A stretch of DNA of 50,708 nt, counting the filler, from Porpidia crustulata (taxonomy: Eukaryota): the NCBI GenBank assembly GCA_964255105.1. It is 3 parts of 3 records of this genome, joined end to end, with 100 filler letters (N's around TTAATTAATTAA, not from the genome) between each part and the next. Parts side by side here need not be neighbours in the genome. Positions count along the whole stretch, not along the records: positions 1 to 16,893 come from CAXUWE010000240.1; 2 more parts are not named here. The stretch is one strand, 5' to 3'. The notes beneath the pieces were generated by a model. That model was not told the origin of the DNA, made no database searches, and worked only from the letters and a program-made list of their open reading frames with translations. Positions 1 through 15,446 of this stretch are shown piece by piece. Made by a program: the position numbers and the translations under genes. Each line of letters opens with the position of its first letter. Positions within the stretch are counted from its first letter, which is position 1.

Positions 1-24
1 CCTCAAACCCAAACCCTCTCCCCC

Positions 25-2310
<2,286 letters not shown>

Positions 2311-2980
2311 TTATGATATGTAGTAAGCGACGACAAGTCGAGGAAGGTACTTTCTTTATCGATTTCTTTGGAACAGCCATGACGTCCGCGGGTGATATGA
2401 GGCAAGGTATTTCGGTTTAAGGCCGACTGTTTCGGTGGTTTGCTTGCGAAATGTGGGGGGGAGAATTTGTTCGGAAAGCCGATAGCAAAGGTACCTGGCT
2501 AGGAAACGGTCGTCATGTTTAGAATTTTACCCTTTGAAAACTTTGACAGAGCCCCGAAGAGCTAATGGCACTCCTAAATAATTGCGAGCTTGAAAAGGAC
2601 CATGCATGCCGACAAGAACGGCGCATGCTGAGCCCGAGATATCGGAAATAGACACGACAATGCACGATTGTCGCTAGTGATTTTGATCTCCTAGCTAATT
2701 GCAACATCACGTACTTTCGCATGTGCATTGAAATCTAGTTCTTATGACTGGCAGTATTATAGTGCTGTTGACAATGGTGATGGGTTCCAAGATGCTTTGT
2801 AGCACGTGATTTGGACATATTGTGCTCATCGTGCATTAACCAATTTCGTAGTGGGAATGGCTGGTATTGCCTAGACGAGTAGATCTATATGGGATTCATG
2901 TGGCGCTATATAGATGAAGGTGTATATATTCTATCCGAAAAGTTGTAATCATGATTCAAAGACCCTTTGTTCTCAGAACA

Positions 2981-5900
2981 TCACAAATTGACGGCGCTGC
3001 ATATAATTTTAGCAAGTATTTGAGCTTGCGGCATATGTTGCTACACGAATAATCAGTATGAATTTTGTGAAGCAAAAGACGGCGTAGTACTTACCATTAT
3101 TGAAAAATGATGAGCGCCCTCCACGCGCTTTACATCCACTCTGCCCCCCCGGGAATAGTGTCTCCCAGCCAGCCGCTGTGAAGTCGCTCCGTTTTTCAGT
3201 TAGGAACTTCATGCCTTCCGTATCATCGGGTCCCGGCGGAAGTTTGGGTAATTTGACTCCATCCATGACACAATCTGTCGCCCACACAATCGTAGCCTTC
3301 TTCAACTGTTTAGAAGAGAGCGGTTTTGCATGATAAGCATGCAGCACCTCGATTGTAGCATTGAAGTGCGCAAATAGGTGAGCAGGAGGCGAAGGCGATG
3401 GGCCTGACATGACCTTGCCAAATATGTCGATGGAGTCAAGATGATCGTAGAAGCGTTGCGGTAATCGGTCCAAGCCTTTTGGTACAGGAGCGTCGACGAG
3501 GACAAGATTCTCCACTTGCTCGCCTTCTTGGATCAAGATCTGAGCGGCTCGATACGCAAGAATACCTCCAGCAGACCAGCCGCCCAGGTTGTAGGGCCCT
3601 TTAGGCTGCCTACGCCTAACTTCGTCGAGGTAGCTGCTCATCAGCTCGTTCAAGGAACAAGTCATCATTTCTTCAGGATGGCGAACGTAGGGACAATTGA
3701 GGGCCAGCACTGATAGGTTACGATCAATAGTTGGAAGATTTGCGTAAGATGATGCAGAGCCTGCGCCGTCAGGGAACAAGAATGAAGTCTTCGAACAAAT
3801 CCATGGGCGACCTTGTAGGATTACCGATGTTGCACGTCGAGGCTGCGCGGTCTGTTTTGATATTTCGGTGAAAGACTCTTCCGAAGAGGAAGAAGTGTCC
3901 GAGTTCTCGGCCTTGTCATCGGATAATGTGTGCTCACTCTCTGTTACTATGGAGTTGAGACTGATGGAAGACGACTTTGAAGAAGTTGGAGTCATGCTAA
4001 GTTTACTGGTAGGTAGGGAGTGGGCCTCCAGTATGTCCTGCGCTTTTGTTTCTCCTGGTGGAGTGAGGAGAAGCCTAAGATCTCGCAATGTGTCACAACC
4101 GAGGAACAGATTAGCCTCGTTGCCAGCTTCAACATTGAGTTCATCACGGAGTCGACTTGTGATCATCATGGATAACAAGGAATCAATCCCAATATCCGTG
4201 AAAACTGTGCCATCAGTAAAATCTTCCGTGTCGATTCCACTTTCCTCTGAAATGATCTGTAGTATTTGCGCGAATTGTCCCTCTGCAATTGCGCCTCCAT
4301 TTGCTAATATAGGTGTTTCTGGAAGGCCGCAATCATTTTCAATTGGATCTAGAATTGCTGTAACTGGTGACTCACTTGGATCTTGGTGATTGACCTTGAC
4401 TTCTGGAGCTGAAATGAGAGTCACTTCTGCTATATTGTCTTTTGTGGAGTCCCTATGGGTGCCTGCCAAGAAGATCTTCAATCCTTTGATAGTATCAAAT
4501 CCATGAAGTGTAGCAGCGTCAATGTCCACAGCAAGCTCGTCCTGGAATCGGCTTGCTATCATGAGGCCGAGTAGGGAATCGATACCAACCTCATCCAAGA
4601 CGGTGTCGTCTCCTAGCTCTTCACTATCAATGCCGCTTTCTTCTGAGATGACCTGCAAAGCTCTCTTAAACAACCCTGCCGATTCAGCGTTCACAATCGC
4701 CGGTTTTTGCTCAACTGCAGATGGCTGTCGTTCAGGCTTTGATAGCTCAGCTTTAGGAGCGACTGGCATGCTTGAAGGAATCGGTTTTGCCAAGCTTACA
4801 CTTGGTGTTTTTGACCCTTTGTGCTCTTGAGTTCGCTGCGAACTATTAGCAGCGGGCTTGGCCAACGTCGATGGTTCTTTCTGATTTTTAGTCCTGGTTT
4901 GTGTTGCACTCTCGGTCGACAATATGTAATGGAGGAGTCGTCGTGCCACACCTTGCAGCTAATAATCAAAGTCAGAGACGGTACATACCAAGTAATACGA
5001 GCGCTTCCATCGGGTGGAGATATGATGGAGATGTAATATAAATGGGGGTTTTGGCGGCAGATTGCAGTAAGGGATGGACTCACTGCGATTCCCCCGAATA
5101 TTGCCACAACCTTGTCCCCATCAAGTACAAGAACATCACCCTTCCAGAGCTTTCCGGAGGACTCCAGCATAGCTACATGAGTCTCATAGTGTTTGTTAGG
5201 CGATAAGTCTTCAAACAATTGGAAGGAGCTCCAGCCATGGTTGACGAAAACTTCAAGGTCCAGGTTTGATTTATCGTTTGCGTTCATCACGAATCCAGCT
5301 GACTGAGAGAGCGCATCAATGTAGGCGGGGTGTGTGTGGTATTTACCATCTGTTTTCATGCTGCTGAAATTGGCAACAGAAAAAGCTTCCATTGCAGAGC
5401 TGTCAAGCACAATCTCATCTAGAGCCCTGTATTTAGGATCGAAATCGGCAAGTGTTGCGACCATCTTGTAGATCATGGGCTTGTTAAATAAGTAGGTCTT
5501 TTTCTCTTTAAGCATGTCCCGCATCTTGCCCATACGAGCTTTAATTTCAGGAACCCTACGCTGTATTTCCTGAACCTCACTCGGCTCCGAAAACCGAATA
5601 CTGCACTTTGCATGCTGCGCTTTCTTTTGACCGGAGGTCTGATTGAGTCAGCAAAAGTCGTCACTATGAGCACAAAGATAGCAATCCCTACATCAACTGA
5701 ACGGAAGACCAACTTGGCTCTATCTTCATTCGTGTTCATCTCTACGAAGGTTCGGAGAAGTTGCGGGCCACGAGGCGCGGCTATCAGTGCTTTCTCGATC
5801 TCCATGTCAGCAACGACAATACCGTGATCCTTCAAATGAGACTAGTAGCGCTGTCGTAGATAGTCTCCAATTGAAAGGGCGATGTCGGCGTACACAGACT

Positions 5901-8900
5901 GCAGATGGTGAGAGTTAGCTCTCATTGTCTCATGACGAAACCGAGAAGATTCCTTACCGGAGTGCAAAGTGGAACTCCATTGACTTTGTGACCTTGCACC
6001 AACGGATTGAGGTCAGGGCGAGAGATGTCTGACTCAAGTACTAGAAGTCCTTGATTCCCATTGATTGTTTCCTCCACGACTCTATGTATGGTCGTACTTT
6101 CAATACGTGGTATCGTGAATGCTTCAACGCGTGGTACGACGGATTTCTCAACGCGGGGTATTGTGGATTTCTCAGCGCGTGGTATCGTGGGTTCTGCCCG
6201 GACCGCGCCCGGGGAAGGACCATTTTGTGCGAGCAAGGGGTCTCCCTTTCGCAGAGACCAATCATTTACGTATTGCATCCAGTATCCCTTCAGATCCCAT
6301 TTGTAATTTGGTAATTGCAAGACTTTGTGGGAAGACTGGAAGTCACGATGGAACTCTCTCCATTGGATATCGGTGCCTGCCATATACAGCTTGGCAATTG
6401 TTTGAGCCAAAACTTGCCATGTGTCCGTCTTCCGTCTGAGAGATGGTAAAGTGTCTACCTGAGGCAGCGTGGCTTTGACCATACCAGAAACAATTGGATG
6501 AGGTCCGATCTCGAGGAAGAAAGATTTCTCAGTTATAACACCACACTGCTGTGCCGCGTTGAGAGCGCCAAGCATATTCACGGTCCTGCGGCAGTGTCGG
6601 GATAGGTGATTCGGACCCAAGACACCGTCTTCACGAACAATGCTTCCATCTAGAGGATTCAACACAGGAATTTCCGGAGCGTGGAATGGAACAGTCTGCG
6701 CGGTTCGCTCAAACTCCGAAAGAATGGGTTCAACCTGGGCTGAGTGGAACGCGTAGGGCAGGTTCAAAACGCTCGCTTTAATGTTCAAGGTTGCCAGGAG
6801 CTTCTGCGCGTCTTGTATCACTTTCTCAGTACCGCTGATGACCAATTCTTCTGGACTGTTGATGCATGCAAACTCATACTTCTTGCCTTTGAGAGTCTTC
6901 TCGATGGTGGCCAAGTCTGCTCCTAGGTTCGCTTTTATCGCCAGCATCGAGTGCGTACCGGGAACACAGTGTTCTTGCAAGAGCAGCGCCCGCTTTCCAA
7001 CCAAGTATATAGTGTCCGAGTCTGAGAGAACACCAGCTATGTTCAAAGCCGCATATTCCCCTAAACTGTGGCCCACCACAGAATGGGGAACAATGCCCCA
7101 GGAAATCCACATCCGCGCTAGAGCCATCTCGAGACAAACAATGGCGAGCTGCGAGACAATAGGTGTTGGCTCAAAGCTCTCTCCTTCGCTGGCTGTGAAG
7201 AAAGATTTGAAATGTGGAAAGCCGAGACTTGTTGCCATCATCTCGAAACGATCAACGTCACGGCGAAAGGAGCTGTATCCTTCATAGAGCTCTTTCGCCA
7301 TCCCGAGATATGCGCTTCCCTGGCCAGTGAATGCGAAGACAACTTTAGGTGGGGAAGCTGGATGTTTTTCTCCCTGCTTGGTCTCAAGTGCGCGCCCTAA
7401 ATTTGTTTTGATTGCCTGGATATCATTCCCGTGTACCATAACTCGATGTCGATGATGCATACGACGAGCAGTGGTCGTCCAAGATAGTTGCGGAAGCTCT
7501 TCTAATCGAGCGTTGTCGAGGAAAAGCATAAGTGCAGCTAGATTACCCTGAAGCGATTTGAAGCACTTTGCAGAAACGGCGACAATCTGAGTCGAACGGC
7601 AGTCGTTGCCTTCCTCATTCCCTGTAATTGGTGCATCTTCTAGTAGCAACGCTGTATTGCCACCAGCGGCGCTAAAGTTGTTGAGGAATACTTTACGCAC
7701 ACCTTCGTCAGGTCGCTTCCACGGGACTGCTTTGTCGGCGATGAAGACTCGGCGCTCTTGGAGATTTTTGGAAAAGACGTGATTTATCTTAGTTTTGATG
7801 CCACAATGGGGCGGTATTATGTTCATTTTCATCATCAACAATATTTTTATGAGGCTTGAGACGCCTGAAGCCGCCTCGCCATGTCCGATATTAGCCTAAG
7901 ATTTATGTCAGCTGTTGCTATTAACACTATGCTGGAATTTATGACCTTTGCTGAGCCAATGTATAAGTTCTCCCCATCTTTCTGCTTTCGGCGGGTATCG
8001 TCAGGCGCGAACGTCTCCACAACAGACCGCATCTCTGCGCCATCGCCCGCTTGCGTCCCTGTCCCATGCACTTCAACATACCCAACATCGTATGGATCTA
8101 CTCCGGCTGTATTGAGTATTTTGCGAAATATATCCTTTTGAGCCGCAACAAGCGGGCGAGTGATGGACTCTGCTTCAGCGGAATGATTCGTGTAAGCCCC
8201 AGATATAAATCCTTGAATTGGGTCTCGATCGTAAATAGCGTCTTCGAGACGTTTCAAAATAACGGTACCAACTCCTTCGCCTCTGCAATATCCATCAGCG
8301 TCGTCGTCGAACGTTTTGCAATTTCCAGTTCTAGATAGGAAATGACCTCTATCAAGCCCAGCGGTGAAATCGGGGTTAGTGATTATATTCGTTCCACCCG
8401 CGATAGCTGTGTCGATTTCGCCGCGCCAAAGAGCGTTGCAAGCAACGCTCATAGAAGCTAAGCTGGATGAGCAGGAGGTATCGATACTATAGCTAGGGCC
8501 GCTGAAGTTGAAAAAATAGTTTATCCTCCCCGGAATAAATGCTCGGTTGCCCCCCGGAATATGATAAGCGTCAATATTCTGAGCACTGTTGGTCTCCATC
8601 CAATCATTACTAGTCACACCATAAAAGACCCCAACTCGATCTTTTTGTGTTGATGGAGTTGCCCCGGGGACAATACCAGCCTGCTCTATTGCTTCGTAGG
8701 CCGTCAAGAGAGCGATTCGCTGGGCCGGATCTACTTGTGGCGCTTCTCGTGGGGAGATATTAAAAAATTTGGCGTCGAATAATTCCGGGTTATCAAGCCA
8801 GCAGCCAAATGGTGTAGCACTTGTATTCTTCTGCTTACCTGCGGGATCCACGTGCGTTTTCGCATCCCAGTGCAGTGGTGGTACCACTTTATGGACATCA

Positions 8901-10260
8901 CGGCCCTCGTAGAGTAAATTCCAGAATGACGGCAGGTCATCGGCGCTAGGGAACCTGCCAGACGAACCAACGATGGCAATTTTAGACCATCGGGCCGCCC
9001 GTTTGGACGATGTCTTGACGGCGTCTCTTTTATAGCCTGTGGCTTCGGATTGGACGAGGGAAGCGAGTCGGGATTGGATAAAGAGCGACTTTGATCTATG
9101 ACAAGTGATGCATCACAGCCGCCTTGTTTTAATGCAGTCCGAATCGCACCGTCGGCAGCCACACCTATTTGATGCACGACCAAAGGCATGCCTCGAGTCG
9201 AGCCAGCGATAAATCGCAGGCGCTGAGTGACTCTGTCCCAGCGTAATGGTTTTCTCAATGTCTTCCACAGCAGCACGTAGTAGAGATCGAAAGTCGCCAG
9301 ACCAGGTGGTGTCCCCAGTCGCACTTGATATTACTGGTATAGTTATAAGGTGAGCCCCCCATTGGTCGGCTGACGTTGTTGATAGGATCGAATCAACATC
9401 CTTTTCACTGAATAGATTGGGGGCATGATATGGGGTCTTGATACCAATGGGAGCTGTATGGCTGGCTATATATGGACCGCTGCGCATGCTAAGTAGAGCA
9501 GACGGTGGCCCGTTTATGACAACTCCAGAGTCTGAGACAGCACCAACGAACGGCTGTGCGGTTACTGGAAGACCCTATTAAGGGTCAGTAGTTGCATCCA
9601 TCACATAATTGGAGAGATCCTACCGCATTTTGTGAAAATGCCTTGATTGCTTCGTTGGCTTCCTCGACGGTCAATCTGGGAACAAGCATCGACCAGTCGT
9701 CGTCAAAACCTTTCGAAAGGCTTATTGTGAGGCAAGCTTCTGCGGAACGCATTCCTATCCTGAAGGCAACAACTACGCTTTGTATAGCAGGAGCGAGCAA
9801 GTTAGAGAACGTGGTCGAGGAGCATACAGCGGCTGCGGCAAGAGCCCCAGAGCACAAGCCGATAATCTGAGAGTTGGCAGCCTTTGGATACGACCATTCT
9901 TGTCCATATTTGCTAATTCTTGTCAACAAGATACTCTTCGCTTCCGTCCCTAGTGTTACTGCTTGAAGCTCACCTAATAAAACGTGCGAGCTGATAGGCG
10001 CAGACCAGTGCGAGGTCAAGCCCAGGATGTAAAGACCCAGCAAGACCCTGAGCTGCTAATTCAGCAAAGTTTGAGAATCGTACAAAGACCTGCTGTTGAC
10101 GCTGGGGTAGTCGGCCAATCTCTGCTCGTAGCGCATAATAGGTCTGCTCGAAAAAGTGGACGACCAATGGGTCGTTGTTCTGGTGTACCAGATCACCAAG
10201 CCCTTTGCTGTAGTCGAATGTCTCGTCTCCAAAGACATAAATGTGGCTCACTTCGCCTAT
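2981..10260 (-). pseudogene. Non-reducing iterative type I PKS (SAT-KS-AT-PT-ACP-ACP-TE), disrupted as assembled
   Basis: Domains: [51 protein letters not shown] and HPAYID; two ACP GIDSLL; TE GGWSAGG. Lesions: ATA where ATG is expected (10258-10260), frameshifts at ~9257, ~8987 and 3144-3150, and an in-frame TAG at 5842-5844. The corrected last exon ends at TGA 2981-2983. Confidence 0.88.
6069..6188 (-). repeat. Five degenerate 24-bp in-frame tandem repeats in the PKS AT-PT linker
   Basis: Units translate as TIPRAEKS / TIPRVEKS / VVPRVEAF / TIPRIEST / TIHRVVEE. Confidence 0.85.
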
Positions 10261-11671
10261 GGTAGGTAGCAGGTACGTGTGAGGCCAGGTCTGAGATGAA
10301 GAATTACAATAAAAGGAACAATTCTTTGTATGTTGTTTCTAATCGTACCTCGACGGCAGTGAATGGCCTTGCATGCTTTGAAAATTACCACAAGTCCGCA
10401 TGGTGAATTCAATAGGTAGGGTTGTAGGAGGCCCTGATGACTGAGCAAGATATTCATGTCGGTTACCTCCAGGAAAGCCGTGTCGGGGTTCATTGTCTGC
10501 GGGGAGCGCCAGCGTTATCCCGAAAGTCGGATAATCATCTTCTGCGGTTTGGACAGGATTTTAGTTGGCGGATTCTTTCTCGGTTTGAAGCTGTGCTGAA
10601 GAAGGCCGACATGCCTGCCACTATCGGACCGACTGATCAAAGGGCAGAGAGCGACGCTACAAATGGATCAGCAGTCAATAAAACCTTCAGCCTTGAGACA
10701 CTGAACGAATGCCAGATGATTGCCTTCTGAAATCTGAGGTTTGCACAAATGTTTTCATGTTCGTATGTTCATAAACGTAGACTACCTGTGGAGGATGATG
10801 GTGATAGTCTGACCATGCGCTAAAATCTTAGCGATCTTGGCAATCACATTCTTTCGTAGAGTCAGGTACTTTTCGCTGTACTGATGCATCTGATTTCTTA
10901 CAAGGACCATCCCTCTTAAAGTTGTTCGAATACAGACTTGAATGCGACGTAACTGCACCAGTATTAGCTGATGATCAGAGAAACAGTACCGCCATCAAGA
11001 CTTGAGAGCACTGAGACGATCAAGCTAGAATGGATTCTCCGTCAGTCAAACCATGTGTATATGACTTTTGCTATACTTCAATACATAGAGACAACCTGTG
11101 AACTATGATACTTCTACATCACTTCCATCAGAAGCTCATCGAGTTGCCTCTTTCCACCTTATCACAATTTTGCCCGTCCTACTCTCCACATCCCCTTTCC
11201 CTCCTCCCTCTCTCCCTCTTTCCCTCATCCCATCCTACCTCTTCCTGTTCCTTTCTCCTTCTCTCGTCCAGCTGCCCCGTCCAACATCGAACCCTCTGCA
11301 AGCCAACCGTCCATACTCCCACTCCATGACGCTCCCGCCCTCAGCCCACCAAATCGCGCTCTGAGTAATCGTTGTCGCCATAGCTCTTGCCCTTTTTCCA
11401 GCAGAAACTTTGAAGATTCAATGAATATGGATACATTGTTTAGACTGGAAGAAGGGCAGGACACGAAGACGTATGTGTATTATTGAAGGAGACCTGCGCA
11501 CCTACTTCGAATTAGCTTGCAGTTACGACGGCGTAGAGTACAACCACGAGCTAGCTCTAGCGGCGCAGAAATCGGTGCCCACAAGCGCCGGAGTTAAAGT
11601 ACCCACCGCTGCTCTATATGATGTTACACGATTGAAAGGACAAGCTTTCACACAGCAGATAACCCTCTGAC

Positions 11672-13475
11672 ATGGCCGCTATTTCGGGCGCAAAATGTGC
11701 CGGCCATCATGTCTGCGTCAATGTTTTTAGACCACCAAAACTAGTATTTGGACAACTCTCGCGACAGATGCGATTGCGGGGAACCCGGGGTATGGCCTCG
11801 ATGAGTGCTGAGAGTCAGCACAAGGTCGGTGTTGGCACTGTCGACATGTCTGTCACAGCTAAATTTCCTGCAGCTACTTGCAGCCAATCTCGAAGAAGCC
11901 GATCCAAAAATGTTTGAGATTGTACAAAAGGTCCGCTCGAGCCCGAGTCTTCAGACCAACTTCGAAGACGCACCAGTTGACCCCAAGGGATGTAGGAAAC
12001 ACGGCGGCAGAAACATTTCATTAATCTCATCCCGTCTGAGAACTTCACTTCACAGGCAGTACTCGAAGCGTTAGGGAGCGTAATGCAAAGTATGCTTGGC
12101 CACAACTCTAAAGCGCCTGTCAGCCCGATACTCATACCCCGACAGACAAATACTCGGAAGGATATCCAGGGGCTCGTTACTATGGGGGAAACGAGCATAT
12201 TGATGAGGCTGAACGACTCTGCCAAAAACGAGCGTTGCAGACCTTTGGTTTAAGTGAGGACGACTGGGGAGTCAACGTGCAACGTACGCCATCGTGCACA
12301 TTCTAGTCTCCACCTCTGCTAATGGGGAGATTCTAGCACTTTCTGGATCTCCTGCAAATCTTTACGCTTACTCGGCTCTTTTGAATGCCCATGACCGCAT
12401 CATGGGTCTCGATCTTCCCCATGGCGGCCACCTCTCTCACGGCTATCAAACACCTACCAAAAAAATCTCAGCTATCTCCAAATACTTTGAGACACTACCG
12501 TATCGACTCGACGAATCCACGGGCTTGATAGATTACCGGAAGCTAGAAGACCTGGCGATGCTCTATCGTCCTCGTATTATCATAGCTGGAACATCTGCAT
12601 ATAGTAGACTCATCGAGTATGAGCGCATGAAATCGATCGCTGATAAGGTCGGAGCGTATTTACTTAGTGATATGGCGCACATATCAGGCCTTGTCGCAGG
12701 AGGTGTCATTCCATCGCCGTTTCCTCATTCGGATGTCGTCACAACGACGACCCATAAGTCTCTACGAGGTCCACGTGGCGCAATGATCTTTTTTCGAAAG
12801 GGTGTACGCCGGACTGACAAGAAGGGGAACAAAGAGATGTATGATCTTGAGAACCCTATCAATGCTTCCGTCTTTCCTGGCCATCAGGGTGGACCTCACA
12901 ATCACACCATATCCGCTCTTGCTGTAGCTCTTCACCAAGCCCAAACCAAAGAATTCAAAGAATACCAGCGAACTGTCCTTCTAAACGCAAAAGCCTTGGC
13001 CGAGCGTTTAGGGAATTCCAAGGAGAAAGGTGCCTTAGGTTACACAGTAGTCGGAGGTGGCACTGATAACCACCTTGTACTTATTGATCTCAAGAACAGA
13101 GGCGTGGATGGTGCTCGAGTGGAGCGGGTTCTCGAGCTCGTCGGCGTTGCCAGTAACAAAAACACTGTTCCCGGGGACAAATCAGCGATGAAGCCGGGTG
13201 GTCTACGGATGGGATCACCTGCGATGACCACTCGGGGACTTCTACCGGAAGACTTTGTACGGATCGCTGATATCGTCGACCGAGCTGTTACTATTACCCA
13301 AAATCTGGACAAGACTGCCAGAGAAGAATCAGAAGCCCAAGGTCAAAAGAATCCAGGAAGTGTGAAAGCTTTCTTGGGTTACCTCGGTGAAGGAAATGAA
13401 GTCAGGGATATCTTGGAGCTGAGGAGAGAAGTGGAGGAGTGGATTGGCACATTTAGCTTGCCGTGGATCAAATGA
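11672..13475 (+). CDS. SHM1: Serine hydroxymethyltransferase, mitochondrial type, 5 exons; start codon uncertain
   Basis: Spliced product contains [64 protein letters not shown] (PLP Lys) and [12 protein letters not shown]. The Arg-rich, acid-free N-terminus resembles a mitochondrial presequence. Confidence 0.93.
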
Positions 13476-15446
13476 AAATCTGCGTACTGGCCCTAGCATC
13501 ACGAGGTAAATTCAACATAAGTATCTACATGGTTTGTACAACATACGAGAGACGAACCATGGGTCGAATTGATGGTAATCACATTAGTCCAGGCCAAAGG
13601 TATATGAGCGGGAGCATGGTGTTCGGGGACACTTGATTGTTGGCTTCGTGGTGCTGTATCTGTGTCGTCTCAATTAGGCCTAAACCTTCAACACACCTCA
13701 TAAAGCAAATACTGCTACCAGCAAAATATTTGTCTCGCTTTCTCTACTACGAAGTCAATCTATGATACTGCATTAAACGTTTGCGAATAATGAATAGCTT
13801 CACCACCAAGAATTTCAACCCAAGAATTAGTAGAATGGAACAGAACATTCTCCAAGATGTCACCAAAAGGTACCAAGAGCCTCCAGCTACCATAGTGGTA
13901 ATACAACTTATCCTTGTTTTCCCAAATTTGGCTTGGTGGTTTGTCCGCTAACATGTTCTTACTGGCACGCACCGATTTGGTTTTCTTTATATTTGTCAAG
14001 AAACCAGGATCTCCGATCCGCTCAAAGCTCTGCACTCGAAAAAAGCAAGGTTCTGCGTAGAGGTATACCCTTGACCTCGCTATAGAATGGAATCTTTTGT
14101 GTCCAATGCCGCCCTAACCCACCATTTCAGATGCAGCCATACTCACTGAAACAGTTTACTGACTGGCAACAACTTATGTAGACTAGAAACAGATGGCCAA
14201 AATTGGTGCTGGCTGGCTTTGCTTTTGATGCGGCAAAGGCACAAGATACTCGAACCGGGTTCCGTTAGCTGGTTTTTCTTCAAAGCGATTGTTTGACTAA
14301 GAATTCTCACCAGAAAGGTATTAGTATTACGCTTTCCAGCCGCTGGAGTTACCGGGGTTTTACTTTGGTAGGCCCAGTGACCTATTTTTACGGAATCGGT
14401 GAACACGAGACCTGAGATAGTTTGGCAACCGAGTAATCTATCCTCGTGTACCTCGATACCTGACATTTCTGCAGCAGGCACTTCTTGCCGGCTGCTTTCA
14501 TGGTGTACCCCTTGCACAGATTTATGGCAATAGTATCTGAGCCTATTCTCCAGATAATTCCAAGTTCTCTTATATGATAACAAGTAAACGCCAATCTTTC
14601 TTAATCACCTATTTATCGAACACGTCGTTGTAACCTTACCGCAAAGCGTTAGAGACAGCAAACGGGACAGCGGCCCGCACCTTAAAATTGACGTTCCTAA
14701 CGTTCCCATAGTCCCGAGACTGCTGTAACAGTGATTGTGCAATGACATTTGTGTGGAAACGATGGTAGCAGCTTTGTGTTAATGTTGTCAGATCATTTAA
14801 AATCAACAAAGAACAAGTTCTGGTTTATCGCGCGAGTGATGAGAACGACGTAGAATTTGAGAAGCTCAGTGGGAGCCCTGTCAACACGCGGTGAGACCGG
14901 TTGAAGATGTTTGGCAGTTTAGCAGCAGCATGTAGGTAGTCGTTTTTTCATTAAACGAAATGGCAATCGATTTCGTACGTTTTCTCACATCTCTTCTTGC
15001 TTGAAGCAGGGCTGTCTGATGTCTTGAGAGTGTCTGCACGTTTGCCATGATTGGCGTTGACTGCAATCCAGAATTACGTTTCCTTAGTGTCGTTAAACAA
15101 GAGATTTTGCATTTCATGAAAGGATTATTTTTCTATTTCGCCTTACAGAAGTAGCTTGAAGACTAGTGGTAGCGTATTTCCTTTATGGAAAGCACAGATT
15201 TACTATCAGGATGACATTATGGCGAGACTAGGTGTGCGTTCACAGTCTCATAGAGAATAAATATTTTCTGTACGATGTGTATGATTTACCGTCGGCATTC
15301 GTTAGAGCTGAATTTAGGATTTGGATGAGGCCTGTCTATCTCAATATCTCGGGAGTTTCTTTTGGGTGTTGACTGGACTGCGAATTGATTTAATTTTCAC
15401 CACCCCTTCCGTTCTTCACACAAACAGCATCAACAATCAATCTAGC

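Noticed and set aside
5842..10260. RIP as the cause of PKS decay
   Set aside because: ATG>ATA and a presumed CAG>TAG would fit CpA>TpA, but three lesions are indels and the long KS and AT exons remain stop-free. There is no broad RIP signature.
11672..13475. SHMT as a cluster-dedicated or resistance gene of the PKS
   Set aside because: It looks like an ordinary mitochondrial-type housekeeping SHMT and more likely marks the cluster border.
13500..15300. Short minus-strand ORFs suggesting a gene or transposon relic
   Set aside because: No recognisable motif, terminal repeat or consistent frame.
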